Below are positions 30,101 to 37,638 of a DNA stretch of 64,000 nt, piece after piece. Both the position numbers and the translations under genes were made by a program. Position 1 is the first letter of the stretch; every line of letters starts with the position of its first letter. The notes under the pieces are model-generated. The model saw nothing but the letters and a program-made list of their open reading frames with translations, ran no database searches and was not told where the DNA came from. The stretch lies in assembly GCA_050115495.1 (NCBI GenBank), contig JASFQK010000001.1, forward strand, positions 32,001 to 96,000, read 5' to 3'. Source of the DNA: Phycisphaerae bacterium (GTDB lineage Bacteria > Planctomycetota > Phycisphaerae > UBA1845 > Fen-1342).

Positions 30101-30386
30101 GCTCGCGCAGCGACGGCCCGCTCACGTACTCCATGATGACGAACGGATCGCCCTCGCTGTTGTGCCGCACGTCGTAGATCGTGATCAGGTGCGGGCTCTT
30201 CAGGTTCATCACGTGCGAGATGCCGCGCAGCTCGATCTCCGGGTTCTCACGCAGGTACTTCAGCGCCACCTGCTTCCCCGAGTCGGTCAGGGCGTAGTAC
30301 ACCTCGCCGAAACCACCGCGACCGACGGCCCGCTGCACCGTGATCCCATCCAGCGGTCGATCGCCATGTCGAAACGTGTACGCCAC
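27186..30386 (-). CDS. Ser/Thr protein kinase with large multi-TM C-terminal region
   Basis: GRGGFG, VALK, HRDLKPAN, DYG, YMAPE; GGAGG RBS; many TM segments with an internal duplication. Confidence 0.93.
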   Translation of the reverse strand: MAYTFRHGDRPLDGITVQRAVGRGGFGEVYYALTDSGKQVALKYLRENPEIELRGISHVMNLKSPHLITIYDVRHNSEGDPFVIMEYVSGPSLRELMLAEPRGLGPQKAAFFVDGMARGLSYLHERGIVHRDLKPANVFYDDGYVKIGDYGLSKHMSVSRHSGQTVSVGTVHYMAPEIGSGSYTQAIDIYAVGVILFELLTGSLPFTGSSMGEILMRHLTDHPDLSGIPEPFANVIARALAKDPKDRYQSANEMADELRQCADVDASIASFDPATLTRGPRHPEALDPERTMTTPPRLPPVPPLDVRERAGRADEMGRRYQEKVDRFSQKLERAAEKLRRKAGGGPRRDPVQTEALRARRAQRFVLVAVAVAVGLGLALVTGNIDRAIVFVLANVAGCAGPLVAYFRVLRWSAWKGGMWNRLAYAGVTAMFMVPAFAVAAEESEPLARMLVALLAVLVLCDWTGRIEAGQRGEVSAGRAVWPAIIGAIAAAILDAGKFSFPAACLCATMSLLTQAGASLWGGTPGVATGTTPPSGPGGRSRRHSLWGRLAVRWRDPAGSRTPVRQGPPPAPPVEVETGPPRSAAVRGWYGVLSTLVVACALGAFFVLVIAPPQCYTHDGEYNWVFGRDREACAGLLFATLAGVAWLPFLLTKTYQQRQRGLWRGTLRPLVVSLGLTLVAGMVSVTAFMELDNEELGGTIFGLVAGGAVTLVALEADGTRPRSHMLQGVFGVLSLLVLVGMVSALVTLISVAPCGDAGAALLFALLGGLAWLPFLLTKTFQQRRRTIWGGTMRMLVVSLGLTLAAGMSSILAYTEMPHGDEQAGAIFGLVVGSVVALVALLAPGRRGGSTVGNQVPPPPPADDEYDMAEDAGWASTSAGPAVAVAEDRVAPPAAEAMEPVEPVIIDASAPSFVGRTVDAGVSFVGKLLLLAGVVLAVSHGALSQWAEERGSGELPPQLLSFIRDGVPGALMLGLVVAGGALLLMARRRGGGAHLLRGCLGCALLLWAVVNALSPEASIAWQGLLQTDWRTIEPKAIVSPALATVVPMLVAVVLLGWPSHRRSNAVVV

Positions 30387-30440
30387 CGCATATCCTCCGC
30401 GCGCCGGCGGCTCCCGCCGCCCGGACGCCCGCCGTCCTCA

Positions 30441-32039
30441 TTACGCCAGCGGTTCGTCCTGCATCTCGTAGACCTTCATCGTCAACCGTACATCGCCGAA
30501 ATCGTGCGTCGTACCCAGCCGCAGCGCCTTCGCGTCGCCCAGCTTCCCACCGCCCGACGTCGCCTCTCGCCCGCACAACCGCCCACCCCGATCGAACAGC
30601 ACGACCTGCGTCGCTCCGTCGGGGGTGCGCACGTGGCAGCTAGTTTGCGGCCCGATCAGACCCGTCTCGCGGAACAGCAGCACCTGGCTTACATCCTGCG
30701 GCAGCCGGCACCGGTGCGACACATGCAGCACGGCCGTGTCACTCCGCACGCTCGGCTTGCGGAACACCAGCTTGCCGCCCGGCTCGAGCACGATCCGGTC
30801 TCCGTCCCGCAACAGCGTCCGCTGCACGTCGCGCCGATTCACCCGCACTCGCCCATGCGCCACCAGGAAGTAATCGCCGCCGTCGCGCACGATGTCCGCA
30901 TGATGCGACCGAATGCTCGCCGGAATCGGCACGTCGATCTCCCGACTGCCACCCGACCGCCCCAGCCGCACACGATCCTGCCCCAGCACCAGGCTGCTCC
31001 CCGCCCCATCCACCAGCAGCAGCAGCGCCTTTCCCCCCAGCAGCGCATCGTGCGGACTCGCCGGCGGCGGTGGCGGCACAACCTCGTTCGCCCGCACCGT
31101 CGGCGCAGCTTTCGCCGGCGCGGCCGCCGGCCCCGCCATCGTCGCCAGCAGACCCAGCGGCGACGCCAGCAGCATGTCCTGACCCTCGGTGATCCGCGTC
31201 AGCGCCGCGTGCAACTCATCCACCCAACCCAGCCCCGACCGCGCCGCCCGCAGCCGCAACACCGTCTCCCGCAAACCGGCGTAGTTCCGCTCGCCGAGCT
31301 GCTCCGCCGCCCGCCCCCACAGCCCCGCCATCCGCTCGTACACTTCCAGCCCGGGATGCCACGCGCTCAGCGCCCCCAGCCCCGCCCGCGCCGCCAGGAA
31401 CCGCCCCAACTGCCCCTGCCGCAGCCATTCCTCCAACACGCGCTCGTACGCCGTCGCCAGCCGACCGGCGAACGCATCGCTCTCCCGCGAGCGTCCGTGC
31501 CGCTCACCCGCCTCCTGCCACAAACGCAACGCCGTCGGCACGTCGCCACGATCCAGCGCGTCCCCCGCCTGCGTCAGCAACTCCGCACTGCGCTGCACCC
31601 GGATATCCAGCCGCTCGCGCAGATCCTCGCGCTGCTGCGTATCGTCAACCCGCTCGATGGCCAGCCGCCCCGAATCCAGCCGGCCGGCCTGCACGTTCGC
31701 CGCCGCCTCGTCATAGACCGCCCGCTCGGCGGACTCCCGCTGCCGCCGCTCGGCGGTGTGGGCCTGCACGCGCTGCCGCAATTCCTCCGCTTCGGGTCCG
31801 CCCCGCCCCACGGCCTGCAAACGCTCCAGGTCTTCCCCCGCCGCCTCGTAACGACCCGCCTGCAAGTGCAGCCGTACCCGCGCCAGCAGCGGACGCACCA
31901 GGTCATCCAGCAGCTTCTGCCCCCGCCGCTGCTCCCGGATGTCCGGTTCGGCCGCCAGCCCGTACGCCTCGTCGAGGCGTCCCTCGGCCAGCGCCCGCTC
32001 GGCGGCCCGCAGCCTTACGAATAACCAGTGACTGAACAT
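30441..32039 (-). CDS. Helical (TPR-like) plus FHA-domain protein
   Basis: RVRLGR..DVPI..RSHHADI....RVN...LLRDGDRIVL FHA pattern; lies directly upstream of the kinase. Confidence 0.8.
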   Translation of the reverse strand: MFSHWLFVRLRAAERALAEGRLDEAYGLAAEPDIREQRRGQKLLDDLVRPLLARVRLHLQAGRYEAAGEDLERLQAVGRGGPEAEELRQRVQAHTAERRQRESAERAVYDEAAANVQAGRLDSGRLAIERVDDTQQREDLRERLDIRVQRSAELLTQAGDALDRGDVPTALRLWQEAGERHGRSRESDAFAGRLATAYERVLEEWLRQGQLGRFLAARAGLGALSAWHPGLEVYERMAGLWGRAAEQLGERNYAGLRETVLRLRAARSGLGWVDELHAALTRITEGQDMLLASPLGLLATMAGPAAAPAKAAPTVRANEVVPPPPPASPHDALLGGKALLLLVDGAGSSLVLGQDRVRLGRSGGSREIDVPIPASIRSHHADIVRDGGDYFLVAHGRVRVNRRDVQRTLLRDGDRIVLEPGGKLVFRKPSVRSDTAVLHVSHRCRLPQDVSQVLLFRETGLIGPQTSCHVRTPDGATQVVLFDRGGRLCGREATSGGGKLGDAKALRLGTTHDFGDVRLTMKVYEMQDEPLA

Positions 32040-32264
32040 CGCAACCCTCGAGCTCCGGTCACCACGACGGGACGGACCGCATTCTAGCCGCAAACGTCGG
32101 CCGCCCGGCCCAACGCCCCGCCCTGGGCGCGGCCTGTGTCCGGCACAGACGTATTCACCCGCAACGGGCGGTTATTCACGCATTCCCCCCCACGCGGGGC
32201 CAATGGCCGCTTGGTCCACTCCAGGTGCCAGAACCTGCCCAGTGCGAAAGAGAATGGTGCCTGC

Positions 32265-32390
32265 ATGTCAAGTAACACCGTGGTCATCGAGTTGCTGCAG
32301 ATTCTGACGCAGCCCTGTGAGTACGTCACCCTGGGGGTCGAGGAACAGACATGTCCTCGCCTCTCAGATCGGCTGCCGGCGGGCAGCTGA
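32265..32390 (+). CDS. Small peptide A (41 aa), paralogue of peptide B
   Basis: MSSNTVVIELLQILTQPCEYVTLGVEEQTCPRLSDRLPAGS; 12/18 identity to the 33117 peptide over the core; weak RBS. Confidence 0.55.
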   Translation: MSSNTVVIELLQILTQPCEYVTLGVEEQTCPRLSDRLPAGS

Positions 32391-32569
32391 CCGCAGCATA
32401 TGGTAGTTCAGGCCTACCCATCCCCATTTAGTAGTACATGCCGTCCGGCCGACGCGCAAAAACTGCGCGACCAGCGATCGCGGTTGACAAACGCTTATCA
32501 CCGACCGGTAAAAGGTCGATGCCCTGGATGTGGCGCACGGATTGCGCTGGCGAAAGTCGGAGTCATGCC

Positions 32570-32920
32570 ATGAGATCCGCCCACGCTTGGTACCTGCTCT
32601 TCGCCGCCCTGCTGTTGCTGGGCGTGCTGGCGGTCCTGCTCATCGGCCTCGGTATCCTGCGCAGCCCGGCGGAGACACGTTGGATCGGCGTCGCACTCGT
32701 GCCGGTGATCGGCCTGGTCGTGAAACTGCTCGGCCAGGAGTTCCAGCGCTTGGGCGAACGACGGCGTCCCCTGAGCCCCCCACAACCCCCGCCCGTCCCA
32801 ACTTTCCGTTCTGACGAGCGCAATCTTTGCGCCGCGCCCGGCGCAACGCAGCGAGAAGAACCGCCCGCGCCAAGCCCGCCGCAAACAAACCTCCAGGATC
32901 CTTACCCATTGCTCCAGTGA
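32570..32920 (+). CDS. Small two-TM membrane protein with Pro-rich tail
   Basis: GGAG RBS; two hydrophobic helices; GC3-rich codons in the TM part. Confidence 0.65.
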   Translation: MRSAHAWYLLFAALLLLGVLAVLLIGLGILRSPAETRWIGVALVPVIGLVVKLLGQEFQRLGERRRPLSPPQPPPVPTFRSDERNLCAAPGATQREEPPAPSPPQTNLQDPYPLLQ

Positions 32921-33116
32921 CCGCGATAATCGCAAGGTTCTGCAAAATAGAGATTTACGCTCCAGATTGTGTCGCAAAGCCAGAAACGCGATACCGCGCG
33001 GAAATAATCTCTCGATTGCCTCAAGCCACACTCACACTCAACCGATGTCCAATGCCAGCCAACCGCGCCCGTACCGTTTCTTTGGTGGAGTTTTCGAGAG
33101 AAGCGGAGGCTGCAGG

Positions 33117-33197
33117 ATGTTGCCCTGGTGGTTGTGGGAACTCCTCAGAACACTGTCCCAGATGTGCGATTACGTATGCCTGGGGGTGGAGCTCTAG
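33117..33197 (+). CDS. Small peptide B (26 aa), paralogue of peptide A
   Basis: GGAGG 7 nt before ATG; MLPWWLWELLRTLSQMCDYVCLGVEL. Confidence 0.6.
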   Translation: MLPWWLWELLRTLSQMCDYVCLGVEL

Positions 33198-33199
33198 CC

Positions 33200-33316
33200 A
33201 TGGACGGCTGGCCGCTCGAAACCTGTTTCTCGCCTCGTGAGCAGCGGTGGGGCCGCTACATGGAAACCGCCATGTGGCTGGTTAGCGCAGCCTTGTTGGC
33301 AGCCCTCTTCGCCTGA
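33200..33316 (+). CDS. Small single-TM peptide (38 aa)
   Basis: ATG 2 nt after the peptide B stop, GGAG upstream; MDGWPLETCFSPREQRWGRYMETAMWLVSAALLAALFA. Confidence 0.45.
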   Translation: MDGWPLETCFSPREQRWGRYMETAMWLVSAALLAALFA

Positions 33317-33388
33317 CGCCGGCTGTCAACCGCAGAACCTTCGCGACACCGGGGACGGCGGATGACCGCCCGCTGACGGTCCTCTCGC

Positions 33389-35779
33389 TCACCCGCCGGG
33401 CGCATTCGCCCCCCGGGATCTTTCATCCCTCTTCCCGCCGGCCAGCAGCGTGCTAGACGCAGCCTCGCCGTCGGCGAGCCAGACCGGTCCGGGCCCCAAC
33501 TGCATCTGCCGCACGCGCAACGCGTTGACCAGGTACACCACACTCCCGCTCACCAGCAGCGTCCCCAGCGCCAGGAACACGTGCACCTGCCACAGCGCGA
33601 CCGACCAGCGCGCCCCCAGCGCCACCGTCACGATACCCCCGGCCAGCGCCAACAGACACACGCCCCCCAGCAACCGCCGCGGCCATGTCGGTGCCGCCGG
33701 CAGTAGCCCCACCAGCACCGCCGCCAACGCCGCCCACAGCACGATCGTCGCCCCCAGCATCTTCCACTCGATCTTTCCCTGCGACGCCCCGCCCAGCAGC
33801 GCCCGCAGCGCCTGCACGTGCACTTCACACCCGTAGACCCCCTCGCCTGCCGCTGTCCGGTAGTAGTCCATCAGCGGCAGCGTGTGCCCCACCAGCACCA
33901 CCTGCCCCGCAAACCACCGCCGCACCTGTTCATCGTCCGCGGCGAGCACTTGCTCCAGCGACAGTCGGCGCGTCGCCTCCGGCGGTCCCGGGTCGATCCG
34001 CACGTGCATCCGGTACACGACGTCACCCGCCCGCAACATGCCGTCGCCCGAATTCCGGCCGATCCGGTCGACCTCCCATACGGGAATGCGGTCGGTGCCC
34101 GTGTGCCAGCGCTGTTCGCCCCGGGCCACCTGCCGCTTCCGGTAGCTGAGCATGACCTCCCCCGGCTCCACGTTCAGTTGCAGCGCCGCGTCCGGATAGC
34201 GGGCCGCCGCGAAACCGGCCACGGCCAGCCCCGGGACCGGTGGAGCCAATCCGCGCGACACGCACACCGGCACGATCCACTCGTGGCCGCGCTCGTCCGG
34301 ATCCGCGGACAGCAGCGTCCCCCAGCTATGCACGCGCGAGCGAATCTCCGCGCACATCACCGGCTCGCTGTTCAGATCAATCTCACGCGTCCCCATCACC
34401 ACCGGCACACCGCTGTTCCGCAACGCATCCAGACCGCGCAACAACTCCGCGTCGTAATCCGGCTTGCACTGCGGCAGGAAGTAGTCGCAGATGACCACCT
34501 GCGGCTGCACCGTGGCCAGCCGCTGCAAGAGCAGGCCGAGCACCACTCGCCACGTGCCCGAGTCCCTCGCCTTCATCCCCGCCGCCTGCTCGATCTCCCC
34601 GCGCGCCAGCGTCTCGATCGTCCCCGGCGTGAACGCCACCAGCGAGATCGGCGGCACGTCCACCGCCGCCCCGAACCAGCGCGCCTCTGCCCGCCAGGCC
34701 AGCACCGTCAGCAGCACGGACACGACCATCACCAGGAAGACGCGCACCGCCAGCGGCCGCGTGCGCAGCACGTACGACGCCGACCGCGCCAGTTGATAGC
34801 CGAGCGTCGGATTGCGATATGCGCGAATGACCCGCCCGGCGAGGTAATGGTCGAGATCGTCGATGAGCTCGGCGCAGTTGGCGTAACGCTGCTCGGGCAA
34901 GGGGGCCACGCAACGGCTGATGATCGCCGCCAGATCCTCGGCCCGGGCCACACCACGAGCCTGCAGCGTCCGCAGCAGCCGGTCCGGCCACGTGGCCAGC
35001 CGGGCCGCCTCCCCGGTCACGCAGTGGTACAGCAGCGCCCCCAGGGCGTAGACATCCGCCCGCCCGTCCACGTTCTCACCTGCCATCTGCTCCGGCGCGA
35101 TGTAGCCCAGCGTGCCCAGCGCCCCCTCAGACACCGGCATCGGCGTGCGCTGCGCGTCGTCACGCAGCTTCAGCCGAGTGGCGATGCCGAAATCGAGAAT
35201 GTGCGGCTCGCCATCCGCATCAATGAGAATGTTCTGCGGCTTGATGTCGCGGTGCACGACGCCCTGGGCATGGGCGTAGCCCACGGCGGCGGCCACCGTC
35301 TTGATCAGCTCTATGCGCTTCGCCAGCGACAAATGCCGCCGGCGGATGTGCTGGTCCAGTTGCTCGCCGGCCACGAAGTCCATCGTGTAGTACAGCGGCG
35401 GCTTGCCCAGATGGGCCTCGTACAGCGTGGCGATGTTCGGGTGCCGCAGCCGGGCGATCAGGTGCACCTCGTTCTGGAAGTAGCGGGCCCGCACCGGCGT
35501 CTTGCCGAAGAGAATCTTCAGCGCCTCGGTCCGCTGCTTGGCATGGTGCACGACCTTGTAAACCACCCCGAACCCCCCCTCACCGATCCGCTCCACCACC
35601 GTGTAGTGGGGCAGACGCGGCAGCCGACCGAGCGTCGCCTCGCGATAGCGCCGCCGGCAGGCGTCACACGTCTCAAGGTGCTCCTGGGCCTCCTCGTGCT
35701 CGCGGCCCGCCAGGGTCCCGTGCACCAGGCTGTCGGTCACCGCGTCCCGCGGGCAGCGCTGGCCCAACCGTTCCATCAT
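33389..35779 (-). CDS. Ser/Thr kinase with N-terminal HxxxCxxC zinc finger and C-terminal CHASE2 sensor
   Basis: HLETCDAC; GEGGFG, HRDIKPQN, DFG, YIAPE; TM; CHASE2 motifs PQVVICDYF..D..L, FAGQVVLVG, GCEVH; three terminal TMs. Confidence 0.88.
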   Translation of the reverse strand: MMERLGQRCPRDAVTDSLVHGTLAGREHEEAQEHLETCDACRRRYREATLGRLPRLPHYTVVERIGEGGFGVVYKVVHHAKQRTEALKILFGKTPVRARYFQNEVHLIARLRHPNIATLYEAHLGKPPLYYTMDFVAGEQLDQHIRRRHLSLAKRIELIKTVAAAVGYAHAQGVVHRDIKPQNILIDADGEPHILDFGIATRLKLRDDAQRTPMPVSEGALGTLGYIAPEQMAGENVDGRADVYALGALLYHCVTGEAARLATWPDRLLRTLQARGVARAEDLAAIISRCVAPLPEQRYANCAELIDDLDHYLAGRVIRAYRNPTLGYQLARSASYVLRTRPLAVRVFLVMVVSVLLTVLAWRAEARWFGAAVDVPPISLVAFTPGTIETLARGEIEQAAGMKARDSGTWRVVLGLLLQRLATVQPQVVICDYFLPQCKPDYDAELLRGLDALRNSGVPVVMGTREIDLNSEPVMCAEIRSRVHSWGTLLSADPDERGHEWIVPVCVSRGLAPPVPGLAVAGFAAARYPDAALQLNVEPGEVMLSYRKRQVARGEQRWHTGTDRIPVWEVDRIGRNSGDGMLRAGDVVYRMHVRIDPGPPEATRRLSLEQVLAADDEQVRRWFAGQVVLVGHTLPLMDYYRTAAGEGVYGCEVHVQALRALLGGASQGKIEWKMLGATIVLWAALAAVLVGLLPAAPTWPRRLLGGVCLLALAGGIVTVALGARWSVALWQVHVFLALGTLLVSGSVVYLVNALRVRQMQLGPGPVWLADGEAASSTLLAGGKRDERSRGANAPGG

Positions 35780-35843
35780 CACGCACTCTGACGATGAAGG
35801 CCGCCGCCGGCGTCCGCGCCGCGCGGCCGGACTCGCAACAACC

Positions 35844-35929
35844 ATTCTAGACCCCCGCCCCAACCTTTGCACGCCCGCCACCGCCGCGCGCATCTTCTCT
35901 TGAAATCGCCGCCGGCGATTCGGTACAAT
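35844..35929. promoter_or_regulatory. Divergent sigma70-like promoters
   Basis: Minus strand GTGCAA-17-TAGAAT (35872-35844) toward the kinase; plus strand TTGAAA-18-TACAAT (35900-35929). Confidence 0.55.
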
Positions 35930-36051
35930 CGCCGCATGGCGCGAGAATCGCGCTGAGAGCCACCTCTTTCGGGTCTTTGGCCTACCGCAAGCAGCGATCA
36001 TTCCGGCATCGCTTGCGAGTGACCTGCCCATCCCCAAGTCAGGAACACAGA

Positions 36052-37173
36052 ATGTCTGCGCCCAGCCCCCGCACGTGCGCCTCCTGCTTCGTCTCCGATA
36101 AGTTCCCCGCGGCCGCTGTCACCGACGACGGCCGCTGCTCACTGTGCCACAGCGACACCGCCCCCATCAACCAGCGCGGCCGGACGACCTCGAACCTCGC
36201 CGAGCTCCGGCGCATCGCCGACGACCTCAAGGCCCAACGCCCCGGCGGACCCCATTGCCTCGTCGGCGCCTCCGGCGGCCTCGACAGCTCCTACCTCGTC
36301 TACATCGCCCGCCGGGTGCTCGGCCTCACACCGCTCGTGCTCCACTACGACCACGGCTTCAACAACGAGGTCTCCCAGGAGAACCTGAGGCGCATGTGCC
36401 GTGCACTGGACCTCGAACTGCGCATCGTCCGCAGCCCGAAATCCAGAGACCGCAAGTACGTCCGCTCGACCGTGCGCGCCCTTCGCAAGGTCGGGCTCTA
36501 CTGGGGCGTGTGCAGCTTCTGCCAGTTCATCGTCCCGGCCGTCATCATCAAGTGCGCCCGCGAAGAGAACGTCCCGGTCATCCTGACGTCCTCCAATGGG
36601 TACGAAGGACGCCTCCGTCTGACGAGGCGCTTCAAGATGGGCGCCATGCTGCGCGGCGTGCGCAGGGCCGGCCTCGCCAACCTGCCCGCCACGGCCCTGC
36701 ACCTGCTCATCGCCCAGTACCACCTGCTGCGGCTCAAGCTGGAGTTCTACACACCCCCGCTGAGCAACCTGTACGACGGCCACCCCAGGGTCCCCACCGA
36801 CAAGATGCTCAACTTCACCAAGTACGTCCCGTGGGACATCGACACCATGGTGGAGACCCTGCAGCGCGAAGTGGGCTGGCAGCCGCCGGCGGCCTCGGCA
36901 GCGCTGCCCATGCGCTTCGACTGCAAGATCGAGGAAGGCCTGCTGAACTCCACCTTTCAACAGGCGACCGGCACGACCGTCCACGGCATCATCTGCAACA
37001 ACATGATCTACGATGGCGTCCGGACCAAGGACGAGCTGCGGGGCGTGGTCGAACACTACGAGGAGATCATCGAGCCGCGGTTGAACGAAACGATGCAGCA
37101 GCTTGGGCTGAAGCCGAGCCAGCCCGCCCCCGCAGCAGACAACCGCTCGCCCCGGATTTCCCCAACCGCCTGA
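36052..37173 (+). CDS. PP-loop ATPase, N-acetyl-sugar amidotransferase (WbpG-like) related
   Basis: N-terminal CASC..CSLC; GASGGLDSSY; YDHGF; CSFC; RFDC. Confidence 0.78.
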   Translation: MSAPSPRTCASCFVSDKFPAAAVTDDGRCSLCHSDTAPINQRGRTTSNLAELRRIADDLKAQRPGGPHCLVGASGGLDSSYLVYIARRVLGLTPLVLHYDHGFNNEVSQENLRRMCRALDLELRIVRSPKSRDRKYVRSTVRALRKVGLYWGVCSFCQFIVPAVIIKCAREENVPVILTSSNGYEGRLRLTRRFKMGAMLRGVRRAGLANLPATALHLLIAQYHLLRLKLEFYTPPLSNLYDGHPRVPTDKMLNFTKYVPWDIDTMVETLQREVGWQPPAASAALPMRFDCKIEEGLLNSTFQQATGTTVHGIICNNMIYDGVRTKDELRGVVEHYEEIIEPRLNETMQQLGLKPSQPAPAADNRSPRISPTA

Positions 37174-37197
37174 TGCGCGGGCCCACCATGCGTCGCG

Positions 37198-37617
37198 TCA
37201 CGGCCGCGCCGACAGCTCCGCCTCGTCGGACGCCGGCTCGTCCATCGGCAGTTCCCCCAGCACGGGCACGTCCGCCTGTTCACTCTCTGCCTCTGCCGCG
37301 GCTCCGTTGCGCTGCGCCCGCCGGGCCCGCACGCGCCACTGCCGCTGGTAGATCAGCATCAGGTTGCGCACGTAGATCGCCACGCCCAGAAGCTGCCCGG
37401 CCATGAACACAACGTCCTCGCGAATCGTCGCATAGACGAACAGCATCAACCCGCCCAGCAGGCTCAACCACCAGAAGGCCACCGGCACGTGGCTGCGCCC
37501 CCGCTGCTCTGACACGAACCACTGCACGACAAAGCGCATCATGAACACGGCCTGCGCGGCGAAGCCGAACAGGGCCAGCGGATTGAAAAAGTCGTCCAGC
37601 GAAAATGCCGCCAGCAT
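37198..37617 (-). CDS. Stand-alone lipid A biosynthesis N-terminal (LAB_N) domain protein
   Basis: FGFAAQAVFMMRFVVQWFVSE..GRSHVPVAFWWLSLLGG...YVRNLMLI. Confidence 0.88.
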   Translation of the reverse strand: MLAAFSLDDFFNPLALFGFAAQAVFMMRFVVQWFVSEQRGRSHVPVAFWWLSLLGGLMLFVYATIREDVVFMAGQLLGVAIYVRNLMLIYQRQWRVRARRAQRNGAAAEAESEQADVPVLGELPMDEPASDEAELSARP

Positions 37618-37638
37618 GTGCGCCCTGCGAGCAGGAGC

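Noticed and set aside
32400..32573. 57-aa ORF with a CPGC motif whose stop overlaps the 32570 start
   Set aside because: No RBS, atypical codon usage, and it contains a TTGACA promoter-like box; cannot be supported without homologues
32921..33020. AT-rich stretch with GCAAA motifs as a possible c-di-GMP riboswitch
   Set aside because: Could not fit the P1/P2 stems and GNRA tetraloop-receptor arrangement by eye; an Infernal scan would settle it
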